Source of the DNA: Phoronis australis
Taxonomy: Eukaryota; Animalia; Phoronida
DNA length: 64,000 nucleotides
Assembly: GCA_002633005.1 (NCBI GenBank)
Contig: NMRA01000168.1
Coordinates: 623,129 to 687,128, forward strand
Reading direction: 5' to 3'
Shown one piece after another: positions 1 through 15,600 of the stretch. The notes beneath the pieces are model-generated. The model ran no database searches. It was not told the origin of the DNA and was given only the letters and a program-made list of their open reading frames with translations. Every line of letters starts with the position of its first letter. Positions within the stretch are counted from its first letter, which is position 1. The position numbers and the translations under genes were made by a program.

Positions 1-469
1 GTCTTTGTGTGGCTACTAACAGTTCAATTTCGGCCCAAGGGGCCCGCATTTTATCTAGAAGTCCCCATTTTGTTAGTCGAAACAGCTGTGCAACAGGTGT
101 TCAAAATGACATTTACTCTTTGTTATGAATTTGTTATTTAGCAAAACAACCATCATAAATACATATGTGTATTCCAATGTTACAGTGATCTACACTTCAT
201 GTTTACGAGCAGCTTCCTTAAGTCCTTAGACGTGAGCGTGAGACTGAAGTAATGAGAATTGCCTCGACTGTAAATTTTCAGAAAACATACTTGTATGGTG
301 GCTAGTTCCTTAGAATTTTTAAGACAATGATACCATTAAGTTACCTTTAATGTGACAATATTTTTTATACAAAATTTTGTCAATTTGGTATACATTAGAA
401 GTAAATCATTTCTTTCGGGAACATATTTTCCTTTTAGTAACATGCATTTTCAGTATCTTCTCATTTTAG

Positions 470-623
470 TGCGAATTTCTCGAATGGTATCACGTTGGTC
501 GAAATGGTGCTTGTAGACGAAGCGGTCCCCACAAAGATTACGAACTCTTTGGTCGAGGCTACTATGTCAAGAGGTTTTCTGGCAGCTGCATTAAAAAATA
601 CGATATAAGCGCGCAGTGTTTAG
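470..623 (+). CDS. Giant gene, first visible exon (Cys-containing, CEFLEWYHVGRNGACRR...SAQCL)
   Basis: ttttag acceptor, open frame, G|gtaggt donor; the leftover G joins AT of the next exon to give the D of DINEC. Confidence 0.7.
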
Positions 624-3600
624 GTAGGTGTAGGTCCTACTGTAATCTACAGGTTTTAGCATTTTAGTATGAAATTTGAATGTAGAAAAGTTGATTTCCG
701 ACATTCACATCTTCTTAAATAGTGCATTGTATTTTTCTTTTTTCCTCTTTAAAAATTTATTAGTTCCGTGAAGCCCCACTGGGAGCACTGTTTTTAGTCT
801 CTGAGACTGCGCAGCACAAAGAGATATACCGGTAGGTTATTGACTGTACAAGTACATATTCCAGTCAACACATCAACCTGAGCATACTTACCACCTTTTT
901 GTATTTTCTATGTGACGTTGGGGCAACCAGCTAGCCAACTAGCTATCGTCAAAGTACAGCTAGGTATCACTTAGTCTTGGTACAAAGCTGTGTACTGAAT
1001 ATACAGCTTTGTGCCGATGTGGGTAAAAAACTGACCAGATAAAATATGACACAAAATTAGTGTCATTAAAAACTACACCCTTCCTTCAGTAAACTAAATC
1101 ATATACCGGTGTTGGAAAAAATGGCGTTCTACGATTATTCTGCAGCTAAAGTTGGCTTTCGGCGCCATGAAATATTGCGTCACCTATTGGCCAGTTTCTT
1201 GTTTTGCAAATTCTTCATTCAACTGTTCTTCTTCCACGAGGTTGCGTACATGTCACCACAAATTTTTTGAACTGGTTTTATTTCGTTACAAGTTTTAGTA
1301 TTTTAATACCAGCAAAAAATCTAATTTCGCAACAAATTTTCTACTGCTGTCGCAAAATTTTAGTAAATGACGCGTGCGTGTGACAAGAAGGCACTGTTTT
1401 CAAAACGACGACATGCTTTTTATTGTTCCAAAAGACGGAGAGTTACGCAAGAAAATGGCGTTTGTTGCATTGTTTTTCACTTAAACGGTTACAACGGGCA
1501 AGGTGAGTGTCGGTTTACTCTCGGATTTTGCAGCACCCCGTCCGGTCTTTAGCTCTACATGTTAATACAGGTTTCACGGTGAGGTGACGAGCAGAACTAC
1601 CCTGGCTGTGTGCAATTTTGGGGTCTATGGAAGATTAACACAGCTGTATTTTGATGATAGTCTTCATACAGCTATCTGGCTCGCTAGGTATCACTGTGTG
1701 TTGATCTCCGTTAGTCACAGACATTTTATTCAGCCCGGGTATAGTTCTGCGCGTCACCTGGTTGCGTGAAACTTTAATCAACATTTAGAGCTAAAAACCG
1801 GCAGGGGTGCATGCAAAATCTGGATGCCAACCGACACTCACCTTGCCCGCTGCAGCCGTTTAAGTGAAAAAAAAAACAAGCTAATAAATGTCATTTCCTT
1901 GCATAATTCTCCACCTTTTGTAAGGAAGTCAGTCGGCGTTTTGAAAAAAGTACACTCGTGAAACAAGCACGCGCCATTTGATAAAATTTTGCGATATCTT
2001 TCGAGAAATGATGACAGCTTCGCGCAGACATTTTTTTGAAATTCCGTTTGCTGGTATTAAAATGCCAAAAACTTGAAATGAAATTAAACTAGTTCCAATA
2101 ATTTTTGTGACATGTACGCAACTTCGTGGAAGAGAACAGGGGCCTGTTCCAAGAAACTGACTTAAGTTCATTTTTTAGTTAAGTTTAAGATTTGTCTTAA
2201 CTTCCAACATTTGAGACTTCCACATTCGGTTAGTTAGTCAAAATTAAGACAAAATTTGTGTTAAACTCTTAAGTCAAACTTAAGATTTCTTCCTTGAGAC
2301 AAATTTGCCTTTTATTTTAGAATTTACTAAACTTTAAGATTTGTCTTAGTTAAGTCAGTTTTGTTGGAACTGGCCCCAATTTACTAAAGAATCGAGGAAC
2401 GAAATTGGCCAATAAGGCAATAGGCAGGGACGACACTGAAAGCCGACCCAAAAGAGTGCACCACAATTTTAGCAGCAGAGTGAACAGTAGAATACTAATT
2501 TTTTCCATACTGGTAAATTATTTGGTTTAAGGAAGGAAGACTGTAGTTTATTTGATCAGTTTTTAACCATATCGGCGCAACGGCTGTAATTTTAGTATAC
2601 AGCTTTTCACCAAGGCAAGACAACATGGTCAGGGCCCCACCGTGACCTGATGCAGAACGACATCGTTCCACTAATAGTCAACACGACACGACCGTAAATT
2701 TGTATTATGAAATTTTGAGTGCTTAGATCTCAGACGAGTTATACACATAAAGTACAGTTCTCTAGCACAGAGGCATTCACCTAATGGTCTACAAATTATA
2801 AACTCAATTTATCTCATTGGCGACCTTCAGCCACAGTGAAGTCAGATGCGTGTTAGCCAAAGAAGAATAACAAAGATGTCATTTCTGATATAGACTAAAT
2901 TTTTCATAAACTAAATTACATGAAAATGCATGTTTTTCTACTTCAGGAAACTTTATTAAAAGTGTTAAGAAACACGCGTGCCAGCTAAGATACAAAATGT
3001 GCTTACAAATACTACAGAGTGTTCTAGAGTAGATTTTTCAAAGCCATCTTGTGAACTAAAAAGCCTGACGCTCCATATGTCGAGAACAAAAGTACTAAGA
3101 CCTGATTTTTTGTCTTTGTAAAGTAGTGATATAAACTGCATTGTGATGCCAAGGCCTTTCTGATAACTAGCTATTGTCAGTAACATCTGATGTTCTTGTT
3201 GATGGCTAGAAACATATTATGAGACCAATTTGGTGAGAGTGAATGCCTTAAGATATCTCCTTTTTTGGCTAGCTAAACAACTATTGTATCTGGCGAGGCT
3301 GACTAGCCTATCTGGCCGTTTATAGTGCCACAAATTTCGTCTTTCTTCTATTGCGACATTAAAATGATGCACGTATACACGTTCTCAGGTACAGTAGTTA
3401 TAATCTGATACATATACATGTGTAATTTCTTGTTTATTTTAGATATCAACGAGTGTACCCGAGGGACGCATCGGTGTTCTCGACCTGGCGGTGTTTGCAC
3501 AAACACACCGGGGTCGTACACATGTTCTTGCGCTAACTATCCAGGAAGCGGGTATTCTGGCAACGGTTATTCCTGCAAGCGTTAGTATATTTTCCCAAAC

Positions 3601-6600
3601 ATATTTCGCAACAAAATTACTAATCAAACTATACATCTTGAATTAACGCATACTCTTGTATTCGTTGCCTAAACAAGCAATGATCACGATGGAGTACTAA
3701 CGATAAGACAGTAGTGGCTTCATTGACACATGAGTGTCTGCTTTTGCATTTAAGTGGTGCAACTGATACTGGTTTTGTTAAATCTCCACTTTGCACATTG
3801 ATGCCAAGGCCCACTGAAACATCAGTTAGAATTCCTATGACGAACTAAATGGTTTGACAAGATAACACGAGACATTGTAGTGACACAGGTCCTGGTTCCC
3901 GACCAAAAGAGTAGATGCCATGTTCTAATATGCACGTTATACCAGTTACAGTCATAGGCATTCATGGACTTGGCCGCTCAGGGGGTGGATATGCCCTATT
4001 AGGGGCGTTAGAAAATTTCACGCTCACTCCCTAGTCGCCTACCTTTCTACGCCACTCAGTTGTGACCAACACCGCCCAAACCGCTACTATATTTCACCCC
4101 GGTCCTCCCTAATTTCACCCGTTCTTACAGTATATGTCATGCAGAAAATGTTCCATATTTTGCTCGATATTTCCTTACTTCTTGCCCCAATCGGGGATTC
4201 AAGCTCATCACGTTGATTTTTACGGTATGCCATGTTATGTGCCGTGCATGGTCTCAACTAATAACGAGCTGTCACTTTCTTTGCAGACTCACAAGGTACT
4301 TCTCATCTGAGTAAAAAACAGTTTGAGACCAATTTAATAGCGCTATTTGATTTAAATCCAAGGTTCAGTTCTTGGACGGTATGCAGTGGTACGCCGTAAA
4401 ATGTAACAATTTCGTAAAACGTAACAACTGTTACATTTTTCTTTATTGCTACATTTTACGTTGATGGGCCTCTCCTAAAATGTAACAAGTTGTTACAATT
4501 TATGTAATTGATGCAGTTTACGTCGAATGCACACGCGAGAAATGTACCATGCTTGTTTGTGGCTGGTTTCGACAGGATGGCCCATTCCTTTCGGACGCAT
4601 CGGTGTCGAGGTGACCTGTTAGATCCGCTTTAGGTTTTGTTTAATTTCAGTGTCGCACAGTGTTCTAATTTCATCAAGTTGATGTGCTGGCCCGAATTTT
4701 TCACATTGCCCAATTGAAGTACCGCAAACTAATGCACATTTTTGCCAATTTTACGCTTTTGGTGATTCAAGTAGTTGGGTCGAGGAACCTGACGCAATTT
4801 CCATGTTGCGACAGAGCTATGGACATCTTAATTTCAGTAAAGTGATTAAAACACGAGTGTGGACGTTTAACTATTGTAGCTTAATGCAGACTCGCTCATA
4901 TTCAAGCTATTTAATCGTCAAAAGTGTCGTATTTTTATCAGTTTTGTATACACGCTGGGATTTTGCCAGATTATTCAAAAAGTTACACAAACTAAGTTCT
5001 TTGTAGCGTTACGCAGCGAATATGGGACCTCGAACAATGGGAATGTTCATTATACCTAATGTGCAACGTTATTTGCACTACGTTACGAAACGAACTACAT
5101 GTACTTAACGAAGTACATGTACTTCGCTTGTGCAATTCTGGTTTAGTGGAATAATTATGCGATGCGACATGAATTACACAGTATTCGACCATTGAGAAAT
5201 GGGAATTGTGCCATGTACATGTAGATGTTGCACATCTTTCTAACAAAATTTACCTTTTAGTACGCACTTGCTTATGATTTGCGTATGAAGACCCACTTTC
5301 TAGTTCACGTCCCTCGTTAAAATCACTGTGTTCTTCTCAGTATATAGGGGCCTGTTCCACATAAAATTGTTGCGTGTGTTGTATGTCCGTCACACCAGCT
5401 TTTCTACAGATCCGGTGCCCGCAGACATACATGTAGCTGACTAGTCGCACGTTCTCGAAAAATAACCAGACTTCAACTTAACACAATTTCTTAACTTACA
5501 CATCATCGTGGAACGAGCCCCAGTTATTTGAAATTAATAGGACTGTTTTTAACACGAGACAAAAAGGATCTGACGGTGAGTATCCTCACGTCGCAAGTAA
5601 AAGAATGCGATCTGAATTCAGTTTTATCGTGGCCACTTGCAGATACCTCAGAAAAAATCAAATTTGAAGTTGGCGCACGTCTAGACAAGATTTTCAATCT
5701 CAGTATCCTCATTTCCAAAATGTAGGCCTACTCTGCTTCCATAGCTGTCAAGACTTTTCTCACGATATCATTAAAGTTAAACCTAGGAACCCCGTTAAAA
5801 TCCTTTCGAAACAGCACTCGCTGTACATCATAGGCAGACCGGTAACAACGTTAAAACACAGCTGAGATGAGGACCATGATGTATTAGCACAATGCTAAAC
5901 ATGTCATCTCAGCCCGGAGGGTATTCTTATTGAAGAGATATACGAAAAGTGCCGTCCAAAAGTTTGTTCTTTCAGAGCAAAAGTACTCTCCAAAATGGCG
6001 TTTTTTTTCTACAAAACACTACCTAAAAGGTGCATTTTTGAATGTCTGGAAAATAAATGTGCAAAAATGTGAATTTTCAGAGAACATTACTCTCGAAATG
6101 GGTCACTTTTTGTCCAAGCTCAATTTGTTAATGGGTAGATATCCAAATTTTCCAGCGGCACCCCTCGTCCAAAATACTCGAATACCCCGGTCGTGACAGG
6201 TACCTCTTGTTCGTAATTTTAGTCATTACTTTGTGATGTGACGTTGGTTTCGTAAAATGTAACAATGGTACATTTCTTGCATGCACATTTGATGTAAAAC
6301 ATAACAATTCCGTAAAATATAACAACTTGTTACATCTTAGGAGAGGCTTAGTGACGCATATTGCAACAATGACGAAAAATGTAACATTTGTTACATTTTA
6401 CGAACCGTTGGATTTTACGAACTTACGACGTATCAAAGCAGGTTCATAGCCTCATCAAATCGGATATAATCCTTCTTCTGTCACATAAATACAGACCACC
6501 TACAGTTACGACATTGGTGTCAACTTATTTCTTCGTTAAAATGCATGCGGGTTTGGTTGTCGGGCTCGCTCAACAATGGAAATGCAATACAGGGGAGATC

Positions 6601-9600
6601 TAGGTAGAATTCAGTAGCTGTCTCGCGACTAGAAATAATTAGCCAAAATCAAATGTGCTCATTTAAAATACACGAGAATATCTCACGTAATCTCCCGAAG
6701 TCTAGCTTTTTAGCGAGTTCCTCGCGTACATGTAAATGTACATGTAGATCTTAGCGTTACTGAACTCTACCCAGGTGTCCTTTTCAAGAAAGTGACTTTA
6801 AAGTTAAGTCAGAAATTCTGTCGTGCGCTCAAGCTACATATATTTCAGAAAAAAAAACTTGAAAACCTTACTTGTGCAAAAGCCTCTGAGAAAGTATACA
6901 GAAGTGCTACTGGTGTAGTTTCTGAGATAATTTCTATACATTATCCCCAGAGTATTATTCGCTCATAATTATTTGGCTAAATCCTTTTTAGCATTTATGA
7001 CGTGAGAGATTAAGACCAAATTTCTGTCTTCAGTATTGAGGCATTTACATGAAACGGACTCCAGGCTCTATAAGTTGACTTGGCACGACGTGTTGTTTTA
7101 TTCCCAAGCGTGGTCTCGAGAAGTAATGACGTACAGTGTATGAGCTCTTTTTAAAACTGAATGTTGCTTCTCATCCGAGTAAGGAAAGAAGTTTACTGCC
7201 GTTTTTATAGTTGTATACTTGTGGTATTAATCGAAAGTTAGTTTCTTCTCCTCTTTAAGAACGTGCGTGGCCGGGAACTACACAAAATCGTTACCATAGT
7301 GTCCAACCCTGCTAAATCAGATATACCATATGCGAAGGTGATAGAACAGTTGTCTCTCTGAGGATTATGTTGGTTCCGGCACAGAACATTCGCATGGTAC
7401 ACGATATTAGCAATATCGGTACGTGTCATTAAGCATCGTTCTATTCTAAGTGCAAGCAATAACTACATCATCAGCAGCGAAACTTCCTGCTGCCAGAAGA
7501 TATAGTTGGATACAGAAACGGCACTTTTCCGTGGCAGTGATACGGAACCGACCGACCAGTGTGGTCCTGGTGTAACTTTTACGCAACTCCGATTAAGGTG
7601 AATGGTGGACGTTTCTTTATTCCTCTTATGTATAATGGGGAATACACCTCATGCAATAGAATCTTATATTGGATTTTCTCCAATGCCATTCGTACAATGA
7701 CAGTTCAATATTAATGCTGTATCGATAATAGCTCTGCGTTATCTAGTTGATTCTTTTCCAGCTAAGTGTTTCGGATCTACAAACTGCCCTAACGGAGGTA
7801 ACTGCGTCCGTCCAGATTACTGTCGTAACTGCAGAAGTGGATACTATTCCCCAAGATGTAAACGTAAGTATGTACGTTTTTATTCAGGGAAACACTGTCA
7901 CGTGATCGTATAATTAAATGGGATACTTGGTCCTGAATTGTGTTTTTGAGAATTGGTGCTGTGTTATTGTATTTTTGTTTCGCATTTTTTAAATGTCATT
8001 TGGTGTTCTGGAGAGGGATTTTCCCCAGCTTCAGAGATCCATTGACACCACTGACTGTATTCCTGTCGATTGGAGGTTTTTTTTCGTGTTGGAAATAAAT
8101 GAATTTTACAATTACTATAGATTTATCTGGAAGTAAAACAAAGGACTCTACTCATCAATTGCATTCTTAGTAAAGTCTATGTTTCATTGACAAATTCCCC
8201 GCCTTTTCAATCAATTCTATAGTTGGGCGTATTTTCTGTGAGCGGCACATTAAAAAGTAATCATTTGCATGATTTTCCGTACCTGTGTTGAGATCTGGAG
8301 CAACTATTCCAAGACCTAAAGAGAAACCAAAGTGATGCATGGTCTGCATTAATCAAGTCAAGAGTTTCCATGCTCCCTTTACTGAGCTGGGAGCTTGTCA
8401 TGATGGCCCATTTCGCAATTAGCAAAAATATTTTAAAATGAGCGGTGGGGAATCATTCTGAAAATATAATTTTTTGCATTGCGAATTCCTGTTATGAAAA
8501 TCAACGCATTTCGAGTCTTCGTGGCTCATCGGAAAAACGCGCGGAAATCAATTGTGCGCGCACTTCCGTCGACACTTCTGAAGTAACTAAGCATTGTAGA
8601 TGGAGCCACCGCTGAAACGGCTTTCCACCAAGGCTAGGTGATGCTACGACATTATTCTTTGTTGCATTAGTAACTGGTCTTGGCTAATTATCATTTTATG
8701 GCCTGGTCATCCATTCAGCCAAAAGTAGTTCCGGAGGTGGCTTATCAGCCAATTATTCACGCATGCTGACTCACAATAGAAGCCCGATAAGAGTGAAGGT
8801 GGATAAATGTGGTGTTCCTACAGTTTCTTGTGGTAGTGGATGTGTTCACCACATGTACGTATAAGTACAGTACAATGCGGTTTGTTGAACGTGCGATTAT
8901 TGCGCGTGCTCATTTAAGTATTCTATTTTCACTCTTGATGACGTCAGTCGCTTCGTGGTGTAGTGGTAAAGTCGGCGACCAGCAATTTCAAAGTCCCGGG
9001 TTCGACTCCGTCCTCGGTTTCCGCCAAATAGTTATCTCACTAGTGAGATAACTTTATGGGTTATTACACGGTTGTATCTGCCATTTGACGCTAATATTGT
9101 GACATAACGCGTCTTATCTCTCATATTCACATGTCTGTGATTCAGTGTGGCAGCTAACGTAAAACCCAGCTTATCCTAATGTAGGAGTGCTCTGCAGGAT
9201 TGAAGTACACTGTAAGCTTTGTGCTAAATATTCCAAATACTGTAATAGCGCGTTCTTCAGATCAGTTCTGATTCCTCACATTTTCTGCTATTGTAACCAG
9301 GCGATGTAGAATGACCATAAGACGTGGAGGTAAACAATTTTTTTTAGGTTGGACAACGCATTTGGGATTTTTGCACCATGGAAAATGCTCCAAAAGTATC
9401 ACTAAAGCCCTCCAGAAGCACCTACATGTAGTATTATTAACTTAACTACAGTGTTTTGAAAAATCGTGGAGATCCATTTATATCGACTTGTCAGTGATCA
9501 TTTGTGTGTTTACACGCTTTCCATACGTCAACACCAGGCATCAGGCCTACAATGGATGCTGCTGTCTTCTGAACTGTAATACTAAAAAAAAAACAAGTAT

Positions 9601-12600
9601 TGAAATCTCGTTTCCGTGATCCATTTCCGTTTTGTTTCTGATTTAACAAATGCCCAATGCCCTGTTAAAAGCTGACCCTGTCCCACTAAATAACGTTGGT
9701 CCCACACCTATCGTTCCCTTTTTAGAAGTCATACCACAACTTATTGTGTTGGGCACACGTTGATATAAACTACAAATTAGTACGAGTGAAATGGTTGGAA
9801 TTGTTGCGGAGGGGTACAGAATGGCAAGCGTGCAGTCATTTCTCCTTCCTGTTGTGTCCGTTCACTCAGTGCAGTTCTTAGGGAGATTTCATTCCTAAAT
9901 TTTGGTTTTAATATCTCTGACCAGAAGCATGTATTGTTACAGAGAAGTTACAAATTCTCTTTGTGTTTTATTGTCCTTCAAATACATGAAGTACAAAATT
10001 AATGTTAACATAAGCCATCTTTATTAAAATGGATTGTGAATTAGATGGTACCCTTTCAACATGACATCATTTAAATGCATTGGAAATGGACAATACACAA
10101 TTTACGCTGTTTCGTAATTGTGACTTCACCTGAATGACTAAATCCTAGACAATTTGATCAATCATTTTGCAAAACCTTGGAACGCATGCTATGTATGAAA
10201 ACCTATTTTCATTTTCATTTTCTAAAATCTCATGGTCGGATCGTTAGTTCTAACCGGAATACACTGATCAAGAAATACTTGAACATGAGCAGGCAACGGA
10301 ACGTATGGATAGTTCGTTGTTAAGACGGAATTCGTCAGAGAAATCACTGTCGAACAAATACCGGCCACAGACACTGAGATGTTTCACGGCCTCATACTTG
10401 CTATTAACCGCGTACCTTTCATTCTTCACTACCGCGAACCACTTCGTAAGCATTTCGGGCTCTCAATGAAGTCGAAGAAACGATATACCTGCTTTTTTCG
10501 CAGCATCATAGTTCGGACAAGCGGAACGATGCACCGCAATATAGTGGCATTCATTGTGCAGACGAACCCATGAGGTCGGTGCGTCGTTTCTCACCTTCCT
10601 AACAGGTTAACGCGACACCTCTCGGCAAGGTGAAATCGACTGCATACGAGGAGATGTGGATATAGAACGATTAAGACTGTAAAAAAGACTAATTAAATCG
10701 GGTGGCATTCTCCTTTAACGTTACCTTTTCTCTATCAGCCAAGAATTTTTACTCTGGTAAGCGGCCACGGTACATATACAACCTACATCTGAGCGGGTAC
10801 TAGAGATGGGTTTATTCTTTCATAAAATACATTTTAACTTGGTTGAAATCTTTTTAGGTTTTTGGTCAGATACGCAGACCAGTGAACAAGGTCTTTAATA
10901 ATCTTAATTTGAAACGCTTGGTTACTGAACGCATATAACAAAGATGTTTTATACCTGCAGGTTGTCCACTTCAGCGAATTCCCAACTGTCGCTATATGAC
11001 GTGCAGTGAAGGGCCATCCAATTTAAGATGCACAAAATGTCACTACCATGGAACAGCGTACAGCCTAGTGAACAACCGATGTGCACGTAAGCATACATAA
11101 CATTTTTAGTTCTAGCATGTGCATGTATCTACATGTAGTTACGTGTCTAATCTTCCACTTTGAACTTGAATTGGTGTTTGAAATTGTCTATTTTATTTTA
11201 GAACATAAAGGAATAAATGTCTAAGGTCCTGTAATTTAGGGTTTAATATTACAAACTCCTAAATTAGATCTTAAATCTATTGTTGAAACTGGAGATGTGG
11301 ATTTCATACAGGAAGTGCTGTTTGATCCACGTAACCAAACTGCACTCCAGCACAAAAACAACGGAAACCGAGTTCGTACTTTAACGAATATCGTAAGCCA
11401 AGTACGACATAAGTCCGATTTATTACTGCAATAATTCGCGATGTATTCCACTAAAAATTATTTAGGCAATCAGAAGGCAGTAATAATTATTGTAATAACG
11501 AAATATTACTGTAATTAATAATGATTTCGGTAACAAGTATTTATTACTGAAATAAATCAAGCAGTCGGATGGCAGGAATTATTCCAGTAATATATTAATT
11601 AATAATTGTAATATTAATTACAGTAATAAATATTAATTAACAGTCATTATTCCTGTCTTCTGATTGACTAAAGAACGGGTTGACCAAAGAGCTATTACTG
11701 GAGTGAATTGCGAATTGTAACTGTAAAAATAAGAACTTATGTCGCACTTGGCCTGCGATACACGACATGTCGAAAAATGTTTGAGTTCGGAGGTTACACC
11801 CTCTGTGAACAGCTGTCGTTGGCCAAATGCGTTAACCTTAAGCACATAAATTATGTTCGTAAGTTAACGATACAATCATTGGCAAAATGAATGAACGTTA
11901 CGCACGTAAATTACTTGTTATTGGCGTAAAGTAATTATTTAGATGCGTAAATTAATTATTTACAGTGTAAGTAACTTTTACGGCGTAAAGTAATTATTTG
12001 CGTCGTAAAGTAACTGCAAATTACTTTATGCCGTTAAAGGATGCTTTACCTCGCAAATAACTACGGTACGCCTCAAATAAATACTTTAGGCTTCAAATAA
12101 TTACTTACGCCTCTAAAGAATTAATTTACGCCTCTAACAAGAATTCACTTAGGCACGTAATTTAGATACGTAACGTTCACCCATTTAGGCAACGATAAAC
12201 ACCGGTTTGGTTCGTTTCCCTTTGGGAATACATGTACCTGTTTAAATTAAATAACACGTGCAGTATTCACATTCTCTGCCTCATCAATCTTCTCTTGAAG
12301 CCAAATGTTCGTGGATGACCAACAGGTGGTGCTGGCCCGGCACGTGTGGTAGTGACGGGTTGACATCTTCGTGCAAGTGCTCCACGGGATTCAGTCGAGT
12401 TGCCGGTACAAGTAAATGTGAATGTGAGTTTTTGGATAGCAAACGTGAGCGCATGATCACGAACTCAGTTATGTATAGAGTAGTGACTTAATCAGGTTTC
12501 ACATATTATATATCCACTGTACTTATATGTTTTATGGTAAAAACACACGCAATAGGACCGTTCTGGATTACATTGGGACACACGAATCTTGCTGTATTCC

Positions 12601-15600
12601 CTAATTATAAAGTGTTACTAAAAACACCAGTGATTCAAACATTACTCTTTCTCAGAGGGTGAAACAGCGGGTTTCTAAATGCAACGATAAACCGACGTTA
12701 GTCCAATAAACCCTTTTCTTTTTTTCATGGACGAATTTTTTGTTTTTTACGTATGTTTACTCTAGTAAACACTGGAATCAAAGCTAGGAAGCATGGAATC
12801 GCTCACTACCGTGAGAAATTCAATCGTAAAAAGTCGCGGAGAGTGAGGAAAAGAAAAAAAAGTCTTTTCAAATGGTTTTAATCATAAGAAGAACTCCTAT
12901 GGAGTTCCTGAGCAATGAAGAATAGTTACCTTCTAAATCGTCGCCGTGGCAATCTCGATGACCTTGACGTGTAGTACTTAAAAGTGTTGTTGGCATAGGA
13001 AAATATGTAATTCAGTGAAGCGTCCAACTAATTGCCGATTTTCACCATACGTGCTTATTCCGTAGATAGCTTTCACTTATTTATTTGGATACCTATGTTG
13101 ATCTAGACAAATGCAGCATGAACCATTGACATATTACTGGTAAAACGTTTCAACTGGTGTTACAGTTTTAACAAGTCAGCCTGACCTTCATTCATGCTTC
13201 ACAAGGGCGGTGAGCCAACACAACGAATACGCCGACTCCACGACGCCCCCTGGGATGAGCAATGAATGCGGAAACCAACAGGACTTTTACAGCAAGTTCC
13301 AGCCGACCCATACTACCTACACTTTGACATTTGAATTCAAAGTACATGTAGATAATGCTGCGAAACCAAACTACATTCACGCATATCACTTTGGAGTCAC
13401 CGGGGCCTCTGTGCAAGTGCTAACGTTTACAGAAGAAGGTTAGATTCATTTCACGGAAACATGCTAAGTCACATACTAGAAGTATTGAACAGATAATCGC
13501 AGAAACATTGGATGTTATCCACAGTAACACAAGATTAGCGTATACCCGCATGTTAAGCTGCGTCAGTTTGTCACATGTGATTTACATTAAAATTGCACCT
13601 GGGATTTGGTTAGGTTGCGTTCTCTTTACGAGGACTTCGGTAGGTAAATGATAGACGGCGTTAAAGGCCATGTTATCCCTTAGGGCTCGATGCAATGGAT
13701 AGAATCTGATTTTTATACATGTACATCCGACAACTAGGTAACTAAACTCTATTTGAAAGTTACTGGCTTAAGCGTCTCGATCAGGCTGGTATAAAAAATT
13801 GTTGATGTTACGTTATAAATCCTCAACGTGTTGATAATCTTGTTTTAAGGACACGGTGTGCAAGCGATAGAAGTAGCAAGAATGTGACAAGATTGGCAGT
13901 CGCACGGTTGTGTGATATCGCGATTAAATTAAATTTGTCTAATGGTAATATTTTTAAAACCATAACGTCTAAAATCCCCAAGAGTTTATGAATGTCAGAT
14001 AAATGCAACATGAAAACTGGATGCACGTTCATAATTGGCTTCATTAGAGTTACGATAAAATGAGCATATCTTTTTAAAACCATAGCTGTTAATCGTAGCA
14101 TTTTAGATCTAATTTTGATGCCATTGAAGGTGAACACGATTTGCTAAATGGTAAAACGGTAGACCGTTGAAACCTGTTGTGTATTTTGTGTTGCTTGTAA
14201 ACTACTGGGAATGATACCTCCAAAACAATACAATCGAACAAGGTGAAATGCTTTCAATTGATTTTCCATGTGTCAATTTTCTGATGACCAATATTTGCGG
14301 TACATTAAGCAAATTTTTAATTTGCTAGACAGATATGTTTTCAATCCAATAAAAACGAGGTATATCTGAAAATTATACTGGTCTGTCATGTAAGTTGGAA
14401 TAATAAACCTTCGTGTGGTTAGATTTTAATTCACGACGTTCAAGTATTTAAGTTGTATGTGGTATTCATAGACATACTGTTTTGTTCAGGCTCACCAGTC
14501 CACAAAGGGGTAAGAAGACAGTTGGATAGAAACCACTGCACGCACGCCTTTTCAGGAAGTACCATGCAGACATCATCAGTGACATGTAAAGACAGGGTGT
14601 TATTTGAGGGTCCGTATCTGCAGAATGGATACAAGTAAGAGATATTTGTTGGCTGTTGAATTTGGCTGTTATATAATGTCAATTTGATGTACTTGGTGGT
14701 AATGCAAGGGGTCTAATTTGTTTCTCGAAGTAGCAGATACATGTACACTGAGGCCACATCGTTGCTCTGAGCAACCGAGAAATCTTTTATTTACCGCGCA
14801 AATCTTCAGGCTCCTTATCAGATAAATTTTAGGGCCTGCATTTCCCAGAAGTCTGGCGGGGTATATGGTCTTCTCAACGGCGGCATATTGTCGAAGTCGC
14901 AACAACGAACCTCTCAACTCCATTTCGAAATAATCATTTAGAGGCTAGGTGGAATAACGTCACATTTAACTGCGCTTAAAGTTTCACAGAAATGTAACGA
15001 TATTACAAAACATGCTCTAATAAATTGCCAAATAATCCTGGCAAGAAGTTCCCCCATGTGTGTTACAGCCTGGCATAATTCTGTCGTAGTTTGTCTATTA
15101 CGTAGACACAATGCAAAGCAATGAGCCGTTATGGTCGAGAATGGGCTTTGGTACATGTATCGGAATATGGTTCGTCGGTTGCAATCCAGCGTTCAAACTG
15201 GAGGAGAGAGTTGGCTTTCGTCATTATCAACAGAAAATTTAGGTCTCAACGCAACAATCGCCCACGTTTAGCACCAGTCGTTTCTGAAAGGTATAACTCA
15301 GCATCCTTTATGAGCCCTTGTCAATTGTCTTGTCATCGTCCGCGTAAAGGTATAGTCGCCTGCACCTAAACAGGGCAAACGATACCGCTGGCGTCCCTGT
15401 GTGTTCTTTTGCTCTGTGGGTGGCTCTCTGACGACAAACCACGGGTATGAAGACATATGGCTACAATCAAATTGAGCTTAGTCACTGGACCACCTTCACG
15501 CTATTGGTGCATCAACTCGTTCACCAGTTCGGCACCATCTCATTCTGTAACGGGGTTGTTGCATTGGTTCCTGACTCAAGCAGGTAGACGCATTCCAAAT

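Noticed and set aside
1-231. Further upstream exons of the giant gene (1-97, 186-231)
   Set aside because: Open frames and possible splice sites exist, but phases could not be reconciled and no motif supports them
8950-9020. Functional tRNA gene (likewise 44050, 47360 and 59101)
   Set aside because: A/B boxes are present but I could not form complete cloverleafs, and all lie in repeat contexts
11900-12140. CRISPR-like regularly spaced repeats
   Set aside because: Short degenerate subrepeats without unique spacers, inverted about a centre, in a eukaryotic context; this is a MITE
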